A stretch of 63,231 nt of DNA, the filler included, from Collodictyon triciliatum (Eukaryota), in the NCBI GenBank assembly GCA_043381765.1. It is 5 parts of 5 records of this genome, joined end to end, with 100 filler letters (N's around TTAATTAATTAA, not from the genome) between each part and the next. Parts side by side here need not be neighbours in the genome. Positions count along the whole stretch, not along the records: positions 23,285 to 35,525 come from JBHJMP010001704.1; positions 35,626 to 50,831 come from JBHJMP010001706.1; 3 more parts are not named here. One strand, 5' to 3'. Position 1 is the stretch's first letter; each line of letters opens with the position of its first letter. The position numbers were made by a program, and so were the translations under genes. This document shows positions 32,363 through 48,500 of this stretch, in pieces. The notes under the pieces were generated by a model that was not told the origin of the DNA, ran no database searches, and saw only the letters and a program-made list of their open reading frames with translations.

Positions 32363-35304
32363 GAAGAAGAATAAGTAAATATGTGAATATTTATAAAAAT
32401 ATCTCACACATTCGATATCTGACCGCTTTAGGTGTTAAAATGGATGTAATAATGAATTCAATTGTAAAGAAGATAACGATGGCTGTTTCGAGATAAAATC
32501 TGCAAATAAATGTAAGGTTCAATATAAAATAAAATATAAGAATACATAAACACATATTTTAATAGGGAAATATATTTTTATTGAATTCAAAAAATCAAAC
32601 AATACATGTCATTTTGGTTCCCATAACCCCTGGTACTGTCGTACGACACTGCGATGACAGACACGATTACAATTATCATGTATGCCTTATGTAGTCTTGA
32701 TGCCTTTGTATAAAATAAAATAATAAAATAAAAAAAAAAGGAGAGAAGGAAAGGGTCCATTAGCTATATTGCATCGACATTTATTTATTTTTTTAAAAAA
32801 AGGGGAAGAAACGCGGTATTTTAAATTTTGCAATAATATATGAACAATCATACAGCTAGAGAAAAATTTGGATCCCTAAATAAGAAATATAGCCTTCTTG
32901 GGTGATAATTGGGCAGCAAGGAAGCTTCAATTTTCTGTCATAAAAGAGATAAGCAAATCTATAAATTGATTTTGTATGCGCCATTGTCTAATAAATTACC
33001 ATTTGTTCCCGTTGCTGTATATACTCCTTTTCAGACGTATTCAAACCCTCTAATACACTAGAAGGAGGCTTTTTCTTCCACTCCTTGGAGAAGTTGTTTC
33101 CTTTTTCGATATTTTTTAATAGAGATAATAGGTACCTCTCAGTGTAATATTGCGGTATATATTTTTAGTATGGCACGTTTATGTGGTGGAACTTAAAAAA
33201 AAATTCACCGAGGACAGCCACGGGAAACGCCATAACCTAATATTATTTAGAGATTTATTTTAGAACCTTATAAATTAATAAAGTAAAAGAACGATGGCTA
33301 GCGAACCAAAGCCAACATCTTCACCACCCTGCACAAAATTGAAAGGAAGAATAAAAAAAAATAAAGTAAAAGAAAAAGTAAAAATTTTTTGGGTTGTTTC
33401 CATCTGGAACCCCTCAAAAACTTCTGGTTTTATTAATGTGTTGAATATGATGGGAATAAAACCATCCATCCTATGACAGCTGTTGCCGCACCGAATAGCC
33501 TTCCAGTGAATGTCTTTGGTGTTATGTCACCTTATGTAATCGTTTCTCCTTTATTATCATTGAATACAACATTTTCTTCATACAATTTTAAAAACTGTTG
33601 TGTTTTGCTCATTGCATGAATATTTTCATAATATATTGATTATAGGAATTTTCTCGTTCATATTGACAAAGAAAACCATATCCCAGGGTTGATATTGTCT
33701 GAATACACCACCAGAAAGTAACCAGGACTGAATTGAATTCACTTAAATAATAATGAAAATTAAAATTTAAGTTGCCCTAATCTCATATAGATGGTGCTCA
33801 AATATCTAAATTAGTGAGAAAACAAACCTTTTATAACAAACATTATCGATGTATTCTGCACAAAATTTCCCATCAATATAATCTCCTCTTTCGATGTAAT
33901 ATACAATGGAGGATGACAAGACAAGGAGTATAGGCAGGATGAATATGAGCAACATTAATTCTTTCTTTGAAGATTTTATCGTCCTGAAAAGAACCTAGAT
34001 TGTTGTGAAATGATCAAGATTGAAAGAAAAAAACAAAAATAAACGATAATAACATCAGTAATCATCGATACACAAGATTGATATGTAAAACTCAAACCTT
34101 GAAATCTTGGGAATACTTTCCCAACCGCAACACCCGAAATATGCGAACCAGTCTGATGATACGCAGAACTATAAGCCCTTTGGCACTCTAACAACGACAA
34201 GGGTTACACCAATTCAATTCAATTTAATTCCGTTCAATCACGATAAAAAAAAAAAAACGGTAATGTTTGTAAATAATTCATTCGTAAAATAGTCATATTG
34301 TTAATCATTTTTCCTCTATTCGATTCAAGGGAGGGAAGGGTTCTTAGTGTCATATGGTTTATCATATTACATTTTCTTATATTTGTTTCAAGTTGATTTC
34401 ACATATCATGTTTTAGATTCTAGTGAATAAAAAAAAAAGGGCTACTTATTTACATACCCTTGTCGTAAGTAAATCCAGAAAGTAAGGAAATATTGTCAAT
34501 AAATCAATGACATTAAACCCATCTGTTTTATATGCAATAAGATTAAGGAGAAACAAAAGAAAAATGTGGGCTGGACCTTCAAGTGTCAAAATCTACCTTG
34601 AACTGATTAAAATATGTTTCTTAATTATTATAAATTTTAGGTAACAATTTCACCTTTCATGAAATCAACTCGGCTATCAGCTGTTGAAAACCGAATAGCA
34701 TAGTCAGTGATAAATACAACAATCACGAATGTATCCAGGGCGAATCTATTGAAAAAGAAGACAATATAGAAATTTCGAGCTGTTCAGGTCTTTAAACTAT
34801 TTCATCCCAGTTTTTATAGAGGGCGAGTTGCCAAAAAAAAAAATTGATATATTCCTATGATCACAAGACATCGTATTATATTCTTCTTGACTCACATGAT
34901 TCTTCTGTTTTCTTGATTGAATGGTTCCACGGTACTCATGAGGAAAAGAATGACAGAAAATACCACAGTGGCAAGCATCGATATACTTATCCATAGGGCC
35001 TATGATTAATTTTATGACACAAACAACTAATCATATAAGTTTTCCATTTCATTAAGTAATATTAATTAGAGATATATGATGATAAAATATGTGAGCAAAT
35101 AAGCACAGTGCCTTGTAAATAAGTAAAATAATTGGTAAAATGAGATGAAAATAATATGAAAAGGCCCCATGAGAAGTAGAAAAAATAATTTTTCGGACGT
35201 AAAAGACCAATAAATTAGAATGTGATGAAATTAGTAAATTTTACATGTGTAGAGTAGTTTGGGTCACTGAATGTCAAGTAAACTTTCTTTCTCCAAGAGA
35301 TATC
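28323..35304 (-). CDS. Concatenated voltage-gated K+ channel with at least three tandem 6TM (S1-S6) units in one reading frame; 5' end lost at the contig join
   Basis: Unit A (35304-33000): S4 [17 protein letters not shown], pore [15 protein letters not shown]. Unit B (32934-30690): S4 [14 protein letters not shown], pore [15 protein letters not shown]. Unit C (30465-28323): pore [15 protein letters not shown], ending ...EKDEK*. Linker exons are open and in phase. Confidence 0.88.
30784..30853 (-). repeat. Dispersed ~70-bp poly(A)-tailed repeat (family A); other copies at 14981, 24564, 32018 and 33293
   Basis: Shared core CACCATCCTGCACAAA(A)TTGAAAGGAA(GA)ATAAAAAA, found in both orientations. 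Confidence 0.85.
34308..34342. repeat. Dispersed short repeat (family B), TTTTCC(C)CT(T)TATTCGATTCAAG; other copies at 5483, 11708, 20209 and 24491
   Basis: Recurrent (AT)TCGATTCAA core preceded by a T/C tract; two copies extend into G(A/G)AAGGAAGGGTT-like sequence. Confidence 0.7.
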
Positions 35305-35475
35305 CTTTTTTTTCAAAGATGTGAATGATAATGAATAATTTTGATTGAGTAAAGAGTACAATCAGTCTAGAGCAAATAATTGGAAAAAAAATCAACCCTA
35401 CGGAATGATGAAAACCCCCCAGATTTTAAAATAATTTCACTTTTCTTTTACTTTAATAGAAATGAAGGTATCTTT

Positions 35476-35525
<50 letters not shown>

Positions 35526-36754
35526 NNNNNNNNNNNNNNNNNNNNNNNNNNNNNNNNNNNNNNNNNNNNTTAATTAATTAANNNNNNNNNNNNNNNNNNN
35601 NNNNNNNNNNNNNNNNNNNNNNNNNATCTCCTAACCCCGAAAGAAATCCCCTTAAACTACCATTCGGACTGACGTGAATATGGTTAACATAGGAGGCCTC
35701 AAGGCAGTCTTCGTTACTTATCCGAAAGGATACCCCAAATCGAAGGCAACACAAGAACCAGCGCCCACCAAAGATAGTCTGTTTACCCTGCCCCAGCCCG
35801 TCTCACCGAGAACCAAGGAGCAAGAGCAAAAAGCACAAGTCGAATTCATGCTATAACTTCACACACCAAAGACATTCCGAGCAAGCAGGAGCGTATGTTA
35901 CTAAAACCACAAACGCGTATCCATACTCCGGTTAAGCAAAGTCCACTGCCGGCTACGCATGGCTCCGAAACCAGGGGACGGTCAAGCGCCACTTCTGATA
36001 ATACCAGACAAACAACGATGTATCGCTTTCTGACTGAGTCTCCCAGCAAGGAACGCAAGGAAAGTGACCCGTTGTCCCCTCAATAGACTCACCCTGTGGA
36101 GTGAAATAGGATGTAAACATTGTCTGAGATAGATGGTTGAATGGACTCGTCGGAATCGATTTGAGAAGTAACTGCCATGTGCGTACTTTCATCGACCCGA
36201 CAACTTTATTCACTCTTCTGTCAGTCTCGAATACACCCAGAAATCGCGTTGGATTTGAATCACCTCGGGTAGAGTAGTCTGCGTGTGAGATCACCTTTTC
36301 TCTTTTATATATTCTTTTTCTTTTTCATTTCCCTTCCTTCCAAGACACAAAAACTCCAACCACACAATCCGGGGTTTTCCACTGTCTAGTCCACAGCTCA
36401 TTTCTTGTCCTAGAGGCGAAGGCGGTTTCCTCGGCTTTGTTTTCTCTCAATAAACTGTTGAAGTCAAATAAATTAATCCTCTCATGCGGTGTGCTGCGGA
36501 TATTTCGGCCCGTCCTCGCCTCCACACGACGCTATTTATTTTGTTTTAAAAAAAATCGCATAAAAACAAACAAAAGTTAAGTTTGATTTTGTTGTGGGAG
36601 TGTCTAGCTTGGCAAGTACCCAGACAGACCCTTTCACTCAAACGGGGGTATGTTGGCGAGTCACTTTATTCATCTAAATGTTGTAGACAGACTTTTTTCC
36701 TTTTTTCCTCTTTTTTTTGGGTGCTGATTTGTCTTATTGTGTACCGATTATGGG

Positions 36755-39363
36755 TTAGGCGCTTGAGGAAGGCGATGCTTCCTTGGATTGGCACTTTCCT
36801 GAACCGCAGCCCATACCACTGGCGCCGCACGAACCGATTGGGGCGGATTTCGGCTCTTCTATGTGCTCGTAAGTTGGTGGCTTACCCTGTCAGGCACGAA
36901 GTCAAGATGAGTGATAGATTCATGGAGCAGCAGAGTCAATATCAGGTAAGAAACTTCTTCGTGCATATCTCTCTTTGCACACACAATATACCTTCTGAAC
37001 AATGGGATGATATTATATTTGAAATGTCAAGAGCTGTGGGAATTATAGGGATTACCTCAAGGCCCAAAATCTCGAATAGCACAGCATCTTCATTCTTTGC
37101 ATTATTGGGAGTAGTCAAAAGCTAGGATTCCGTGTTCATCGGAATTAATCACCTTTGCTGTTCATAGATACCGACAAACACCATGGGTCTCATATTTATA
37201 TTTGCACATGCATAGGGAACTGTGGATACCTTGTCACCAGTGAAGATAGAATTGGCTCCAGAGAAGAAACACATGGCCTGCTCTGGTAGACTGAATAGAG
37301 AAGATGCAAAATTGGCATTTTGATTCATATGCACCTTCCACTAGCTAGATATATGGGTGTATGTGTAATCCCAAGGACAGAAACCTCATCGACACACGCC
37401 CGGCAGAGAGACGGACCATAGAGCGGGGCATTACGATTCTTGCTGCACAACGTACGTGATATTGCACAGAGTGAAGAACAAGTAATTCAAGTTAGAACGG
37501 TCACAATATCGGTGGTTTTATGGACACCAAGTATAAAATCGGTGATTTAAGCATTTCAGAGTTAGAAACCTGTGGATATCATACGAAGCATGTCCCAAAT
37601 TGGCACCCGGGGTTGTTGTTCCAAGGGGGTTCCTTCCACTGAGCAAGAGAATGGATAGAGTCAGATAGATATATCACATAGAAATACGTAGACTTGGGTG
37701 TATAATATGTAAGCTTGGGTAGGCGGAGGCCATCACTACTGCCCACTTTTGGTCAATCACTCATTCTGGTCAAACCTGGGACTAAGGCATTGACAGGAAC
37801 GGATTCAGGGTGGGTTGGAAGTGTGCTGAGCGTGTGAAGCAGCTTGATTCTATCATCAACAGACTCTCCAAGCCCAACAATACCACCGCAACATACTAGA
37901 GTGTTGTGGTGAAGTATTATTTTTAGTGCGACAGGTTTACTTTAAAGGATGTCTTTTCCCCCACTAAATCTTAAACCCACACTGCTCTTGCAGATATCAA
38001 ACGAACCAGACCATTAATTCCAGCTTCGCGGACGTTCTTTAGGGTTTCGAGGCGATTTTCGTATGTACGAGTCGTGATGATTTGAGGATAGTATTCCTTG
38101 CTGCAGGGATAGGATGATATTGGGATAGGTATATTTACGGCATGAGAGTAGAGCATATAATAATAATAAGCACATTGAAAGCAAAAACAACGGAGAAGCG
38201 GTTTGCGAGTGGTTTCACCTGGTATCCAAATTGTGGTTGTAGGCGGTGAGTCCAGCCTCCTTCAGTGCCTTGGCATGTTCCGGGGTAATCATCCCGAGCG
38301 TGCAGCATACCTCCATGTCCATCGAGCGGACTTGGCGAACCATTTCGAGGACCTTGTGTTTTGCGCACCGTGAATGAGGTATACTTTAAGTTTCACGTCA
38401 TAAGCAAACATGAATAAACCATCGCTTGCATATCAAGACAACAGAACAAGAACAGGCAAGCGAGAACCAATTACGCTCCCATCTTTTCATCACAAAGATA
38501 AAATAGCTGGTGAGTGGAAACGACTGTGCGGCATAGAACAATGGAGCACACAGAAAGTTTCTAAACGAAAAGATTCATTCGTGCCAGAAAAAAAAAAGGC
38601 ATCAAAGGAAGGAGCGAAAGACGAGCGCGTCTTGAGGGAAAGCGAATACCTGGTTGAACTGCCACTTTCCAGTGACCTCTCTCCACGCAGCACCCATGCA
38701 AAAGCGTGTGCTTCCCGCGCGCTTAGCTGTGGCCGCCACGTCAACCACGTCTTTGACGCTCATCAGCCTCTCTGCTTTCACAGTTGTGTTGTACTTTGAG
38801 GACTGAGGACAATACGAGCAGTTTTCCGGACACCCGCCCGTCTTGATGGAAAGCAGAGTGCACTGCTGAACTTGTCTGCAGAGGAAGACATACGAGGAAA
38901 TAGGTCTTGTCAGCCGATGTCTTTTCACAGAAGAACATCCCTGCTTCTTTTGCCGTCCAACTGCCGAGCATGTTTCCTTTCCTTTTTTTTCCTTCCATAA
39001 TGCAACAACAACAAAATGCAATAACAACAAGAAAAGAAAAAAAATGATAAACGAACAGGGAGGTGAGTGGGAAGAGGTAAAGGAAGAGGGAGGCTGCTTC
39101 GTCAGCGAGATAATGTACCGGGAATCGTGGTAAAGGCGATGGACTGTGGCGGCCTCGTAGCAGAGATCGAGCAGCGGCTTGTTGAAGATGGTCTGCACCT
39201 GCTCGAGTGTCCAGTCATTGCGGATGGGATACTTTGCCTTGAGCGCTTCAGCAGCTGCGGGCGGGAGCGATTCGTTGGCCACGGAGAAGAAGAAGCGCGA
39301 CGAGGATGGGACGGCAGCGCGCGAGAGGAGGCGCTGAGCAGCAGACTTTGGCACCGACAGCAT
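36755..39363 (-). CDS. BIO2: Mitochondrial biotin synthase (radical SAM), multi-exon
   Basis: Transit-like N-terminus, then [31 protein letters not shown] (CxxxCxxC), [33 protein letters not shown] and [17 protein letters not shown]. Confidence 0.97.
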
Positions 39364-40237
39364 CAGGAGTGGAGGCGCCTTTACTTGGCTAGGAAGAAGA
39401 AAAAAACAAAGACTAGTATATTATCATTAAAAGAGAAATTATACATATGCATATAAGAATATCTATCAGCAAAAGAATAGAAAAAATGAAATGAAAGTGT
39501 GGAATATTCTCAGGGTCACAAGTTTGGGTCGGGATGACAATCGTAGCTTCTTGGCTTCAGAAGCAAGACAGAAACCCCACACAACTGCTTTTCAGCGCTT
39601 GTTGGCAACAAGAACGAGGCGGTTGTAAAAGGACACGACTCTTTTGATATGATTTCATTGGGTTGGCTTTTGCGCTGCTTTGCGGATTGGGTTTGGCGTG
39701 CGAGTGTTTTCCTTTGTGCCTGTGGGAAAGAATCACTCGTGCAAGCTTGATTGATCTCGCAGATGACGGTTTATGACGTGATATTGCTTCGCCAAGCGGC
39801 TTTTTCCAGGAGTGGATATTGTTCTGCACAGTTCCACGAATGCGGCACACACGCGCCTGCATTTTTCAGACACGCGTCAAAGCCACGAGCACATATCGTA
39901 CATCAACAGTCGTATATTAGATACCGTATAGTTTGTATGACATGTTTCGGTGAATTTGTTTTGTTTTGGGGTATCGGTATCGTGCCCATTCTACATCACA
40001 GGGTGATCTGGTGGCTGCCAAAGGCAAGAAGCAGGATGTTCTGTGTGTGGCGGTGTGCAACCGCACTCAGTTCGGCTACGCTTGTATTCGAAGATCCCCT
40101 GGAACCCTCGGTTGTTATCTCCCAATAAGCCGAGCATTCTCGTCCATAGATCATGCAAGCAGGCTTGAGCCCCAACAAAGCTAGCCAGCCCAACACTCAC
40201 TGATCTTGGTCATTTTCCAGAGACAGTCTTTACAACA

Positions 40238-41108
40238 ATGACAGACTTCAACTCCGTCGCCCAGGCCTTTGTCACCTACTACTACCAGACTTTTGACTCC
40301 AACCGCGCCAACCTTGGCCCCCTCTACGTGAGTTCCGCAACTTAGCTATGAAAACTCTCCATAGCCTTTCCATCTTTACTCTCTCGCGAGCGCGTCCTTT
40401 TCGTTTCACCCGGGGCTGGCCTGCTACAGACTTCCCGCTACTGTATAAGAAGCCCTGTTCTTTCTCTTCTTTCTCTTCCTCTTTTTGTGGACTTACACAG
40501 ACATCACACGCTCTAGCGCCCGGAATCCATGCTCTCGTACGAGGGAGCAAACATTCTCGGACAAGAAGCGATCGTCCAGAAGCTTGTGGTGAGTTTTCTT
40601 TCATTTTTTTCTGCTTCATCATGAGTATCAAAGCATCCTCTATTATCGTTCCCAAACGCGTCTGACAAAGAGAAACTGGAGCAAAAGACAAATGAATCAA
40701 CCCGATAAAACGCACGTAGTCTCTCACGTTCACAACCATCCGTCACCACGTGGACACCCTCGATGCGCAGCCCGGCGTGAACGGCACTGTTGTTGCCTTT
40801 GTGACCGGCAAACTCGCTGTACGTATTCAGCTGTCTGAGAACCCAACACCCGTCTGTGTGCCCAACGCACCCGGCCACGAGCACAAAACGACAATCTGGC
40901 TCACTGTTTTCACTCCTTTCGCTCGGAACAAACTTCCTCCACAATCCAACGAATGACTTGCCCTTGTTTGCTGACTATCCCTCACCCTGTCCAGGTCGAC
41001 AACGACTCGAGTATCATCCGCTTCTGCCAAACCTTCCAGCTCGCCCCGATTCCCGGCGGCTCTGGCTACTTCTGCTACAACGACATGTTCCGCCTTGTCT
41101 ACGGTTAA
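40238..41108 (+). CDS. NTF2: Nuclear transport factor 2, 4 coding exons
   Basis: MTDFNSVAQAFVTYYYQTFDSNRANLGPLY/RPESMLSYEG...AIVQKLV/SLTFTTIRHHVDTLDAQP.../VDNDSSIIRFCQTFQL...YFCYNDMFRLVYG*. Confidence 0.96.
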
Positions 41109-41534
41109 GCCCTCGACTCAAGTAAAACGATATCAAAATGAGAGATAAGCAAGTCAGGCAAACATCCTTCGATACGCGATAAAAAAAAGAATCAAAGAAA
41201 AAGCCAAACGTAGGCTGCATCACCACCCGATTGAAGTCGTGCACTCAGAAAGCAGCAGATAAGAAACTCTTTCAACTTGTTCCGCAACTTGAGCAATCGC
41301 TAAATCATTTCCTGCCAAGCCCGATAAGCCAACAACAGCATCTTTTGTTTTTGTTTTCTGTTTTCAACGACGCTGCTTTATCATTCCGATGAGATGGAGA
41401 AAAAAATTGTGGGGCCGTGGGTGTGTTGAGCAAAGTATTCTGGTTGCTGCATGTTGCCCACCCGGCAGAAAGAGGAGGAATGAGACACGCAGGTTTTGCC
41501 CCAGCCGCATCGCCCCATCTTTTGCCGAGGTGAT

Positions 41535-44371
<2,837 letters not shown>

Positions 44372-45024
44372 CGTGGCTTTGGCTGGCTCGGAGGCGGATC
44401 GGCTTGGGTTGCTGCGATTATGTTTATTTACTCAAGGAAAAGGATCGTTTTTCTTTCTCTGCTTGCTTTTTGTTTTTTGTTTTTTTTTGTTTTTTTGTTT
44501 GTTTGTTTGTTTGTTTGTTTGTTTTTGTTTTTTGTTTTTTGTTTTTTGTTTTTTGTTTGAAAAACGGATTTCAAATTTGGAAATTTATTTTAACAAAAGA
44601 TATTGGCCAAACATTTAGTTAGTTTCAAAAAAATACTACATATAGGCGAGATATTATAGCTGAATACAAGTCCTTTTCTCCATGAACTATTACCAAAAAA
44701 GCAAATTTTATTCAATATCGGATGTCTTTATGTTCAGCCTCGGCTGTCTCTGAACTGAGCCCTAAATCAGGCCTTTTTGTGGAAATGTATGCATCCATGT
44801 GTGGAATCTATCGAAGCGGTCAGAATCTTCTAGAGACATCCTGCGAACTCTATAGCGCACAAGCCCGCCGCCGACATCAGCGCAGTTCTCACACCGCGTC
44901 TCAGCTGCGACGGGGAATCGGAGAAGCAGCCGAGGCTCTGGCAAGGAACAGCAGAAGGAAGACGGCTATTCATGCCTCACCCACAACTCTTAATTCCCCT
45001 CGATCGCCGCTCCCTTGCTGTTTT

Positions 45025-45225
45025 CAAACAAAAAACAAAAAACAAAAAACAAAAAACAAAAAACAAAAAACAAAAAACAAAAAACAAAAACAAAAAACAA
45101 AAAAAAAAACAAAAAACAAAAACAAAAAACAAAAAAAACAAAAAAACAAAAAAACAAAAAAACAAAAAAAAAACAAAAAAAACAAGAAAAACAAGAAAAA
45201 CAAAAAAACAAAAAACAAAAAAAAA

Positions 45226-45299
<74 letters not shown>

Positions 45300-45395
45300 A
45301 AAAAAAAAAAAAAAAAAAACAAAAAACAAAAAACAAAAAACAAAAAACAAAAAACAAAAAACAAAAAACAAAAAACAAAAACAAAAACAAAAGAA
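45025..45395. repeat. A-rich (CAAAAAA)n/poly(A) low-complexity tract between divergent genes
   Basis: Directly visible. Confidence 0.95.
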
Positions 45396-45597
45396 CAAGA
45401 CTCAATCGCACGATAGATCTTTTCCAAGTATTTCACTCGTCCTATCATGAAAACACAGCCACGGCTAGTGCGCACTCAGAGACTTTTGAAATTCAAGCAC
45501 TTCTGATTCCACCTGCGATCACCTAACTTCAAACTCCCTTCGCTTATCGCGCCTGTGTTTCTTACGACAGAGATCACCTCCTCCGCCCAACAAAGAA

Positions 45598-48500
45598 ATG
45601 GCCGAGTCGATTCTCCCGCACTCAGCAGTCACCGCACTGACGAAACTGCCGCAGCAGCGGAACGACATGTGGCTCCTCCTCATCCGAAAGGTTCATCTGC
45701 CTCCCTTTTCCGTCCTGTTCAAACCACTCAATGTGACTGCACTCGAACCACAGCGGCATTGTTGCCTTCCAAAAAAAAAAAAACTGTCTTTTAGTCACCA
45801 AAAAAAAAAAAAACGGAAAAAAAGGGGAAAAAAAACACCAAAACTTATCTTCCGCACCGAGGCTGCTACCAACTTTTCTTGGTCGTGTGTTTGCTATGAG
45901 AACTGTGATTTTCGTCCTCGCGAAAATCAGTGAAGATCTTGCTTCTGATATGCCCTTTTACCTTCAGGCGCGTGGTTTTGTTTTGGACGAAAAAGAGCGC
46001 CCCGTTCGGCCGTATATCCTCCTTCTGTTTTCGCTCTCACCAGTAACCCAGCTTCTGCGCCAAGGTAGCGAATGCATCTTGTTTCACTCTATATTGATTT
46101 TTTTTGTTTGCTTGCGCCTATATCCACTCTAAATACTCTCTGGTGTCCGGTGTCTGAAAGGCGAGCCAGACCTGTTTAAGGCATAGTTGATATTCCTTAG
46201 TCCAATTATCTTTCTTTGTGCATCATATCACACACATATACTATTATATTCATGGATATTGAAACGCAGAATTTCTTACTGAAAAACCCGTCGGACACTT
46301 CCCGAAAATGGAAGCCATTATCAAAACCATTCTGAAAGCAATGCTCGAGCCTAACGTACCCTTTTTTCATATCAGCATATCGTTGCTTACTATTAATTTA
46401 CCATTTGAAATGTCTAACATGTCGTTCGGAATATCCCTTGTTGAAAATGAATTTCGGTCTCAAAACAAAACGAAATTGACAGGCAATATCGATAACTTCA
46501 GCTATCAAATATACATGCTTGGTTTATTTGTTTATCTATTATTTCGTCCTCTGGCAGGATGCTCTTGGAAACCATGCTCACCGCCCTAACGCAATCATCT
46601 TCACTGACGAACGCGTTGCAAATGTCCTCAAGAAGCAATTCGAGAGCGACTTAGGCATCAATATCGGCACGATGACCGAGGAACAGAATGCTGGATTTGG
46701 TGACGAGGTGCGCACTTGACATCCTTCTTTCCTTTTTTCCCTAAAGTCTCATCAAAAAATTAGGATGCGCATGTTTCCCTGATTTATAAGTGTGTTATCA
46801 ACAGCCCTCTGTGAAAATTAGATTCTCGCCTCTTTCTCCCGGCGGCTGGGCGAGGCCGATGCACTTTCCTTATCGGAGCAATCCGACAAGCCTGGGCTGA
46901 TGAAATCGAAAGGAATGACTTTAGACATCGCTAAATCATTCTTTGAGACAACAAAGAGATACTTCGAAGCGCAACCGTGGCAGAAACTATTGAATGGTGC
47001 GGCTTATGGTATTCGATACGCTGGCCAGGTCTGTTCAGCACTTCATCTCATTTCTTGATTTTTCTTTTCGTGTAAACCCGATTCATACGTATCATCTAAC
47101 ATCATTCACGTTCTATTTTACCGAAAAAAGAAAAGTACTCATCGAACGGAATATGTTGGTCATGGCCACCCCTCTTCGTTTCAGGTTCGGTACTTTGCGG
47201 TATTCGGCAAGGCAGCAGACGATGCCGTGGGCTTTGGCATGTTCCGCAACTGGGAGGGATACCAGAAGATGCTTCGCAAGACCACGCCAGACGACTCCTG
47301 GTCCCTGCTTTACCTTGCACCGCAGTATGTGTCCCACGAGGACCTTGATGGCGTTGATACGTTGGGCTGGCCAGTCGCCCACAAGCGCGTTAAGGCCCAT
47401 ACACCCTTTTCTGTTTGTGTTTATGTCATATCACATCATATATATGTTTGTGTTCTGAATGAGATTATCATAATGCTGATTACTTATGCCCTCGTCTGTC
47501 TTTCGCATAACCCCTTTTATATATATTTATTGCGCCAAAGAAATCGATGTTTAATGCGCCCATCGCAAACACAAGTTTAACTCATTTGCCCTGCTTCGTC
47601 TGCTCATCCCCAGGAGGATAATTATGCCACATATCCCGTCCCGATGTACTTTAAGGACGAGGAGAATTCTGAAAGGCCCCAGTCGGTTGAAATGAAGTGG
47701 TACGAGTTTGTGCTACGCTGTGCTATTGAGTTCTCTTCTGTTGAAGTGGCCGAGGAGAGCAGCGATGGCGTAAGTAACTCATTTCCATCCTACTCGTCAC
47801 GTCCTCTTTAGAAGACAACATTTTTTTTTCGTATTATCCCGCCCACACGAATCCAGAATCTACATAATTTGCTTAACCCCTTATTTTTTTTTTAAAAAAC
47901 TTTAAAATTCCATTGGAATGTGCTTCAAAGGACAACACGATGAATGTTGATTGGGGGACACCCGGGTTTAATCGGTGGTTTTTATCTCTTTCTAACTCGT
48001 GCACAGGTTTTCAATTTCAGCTTCCAAATATACGGTAAAACATACAACGTGGATTTCAAACCAATTGGAACCACAAAGCCGACCGGGGATTGGGATGTGG
48101 ACTCGCTTCCCAAGACTGTTCACGAGGTTTCTAATTCGACGGATGCCGAGGAGTCCTTGCGGCTCTGCACAATTTTATTTTTCGCATCATTATCATTATC
48201 AGTTTTTTTTTTATATTTGATTTACTCTGTAATTTTTTTCTTCATTTAACGAACAAACATCGCTGCGCAGTATCGCGAGTGTAATAAATGCAGCAAAAAC
48301 AATGTCTTGGTCGACGTTGCATTCAAACGCTGCTCGCGATGCAAAAAGTATGGATTCCTTATTATTTCTTTTCCTTTTTTCCCTTTTCCCTTTTCCCTTT
48401 TTCCTTTTTCCTTTGTTCTTTTTCCTTTTTTCCTTTTTTCCTTATTCTTTCTTTTTTCCTTTTTCCTTTTTCCTTTTTCCTTTTTTCCTTTTTTTCCTTT

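Noticed and set aside
28323-35304. Three separate tandem Kv genes
   Set aside because: No stop, T1 domain or intergenic space lies between units, and the linker exons are in phase. Kept only as the alternative to test by cDNA.
44722-45526. Long Lys-rich and Phe-rich ORFs (also poly-Leu, poly-Ile, poly-Gln, HTYI and QR/ET ORFs elsewhere)
   Set aside because: They are translations of microsatellites and homopolymers in introns or intergenic DNA.
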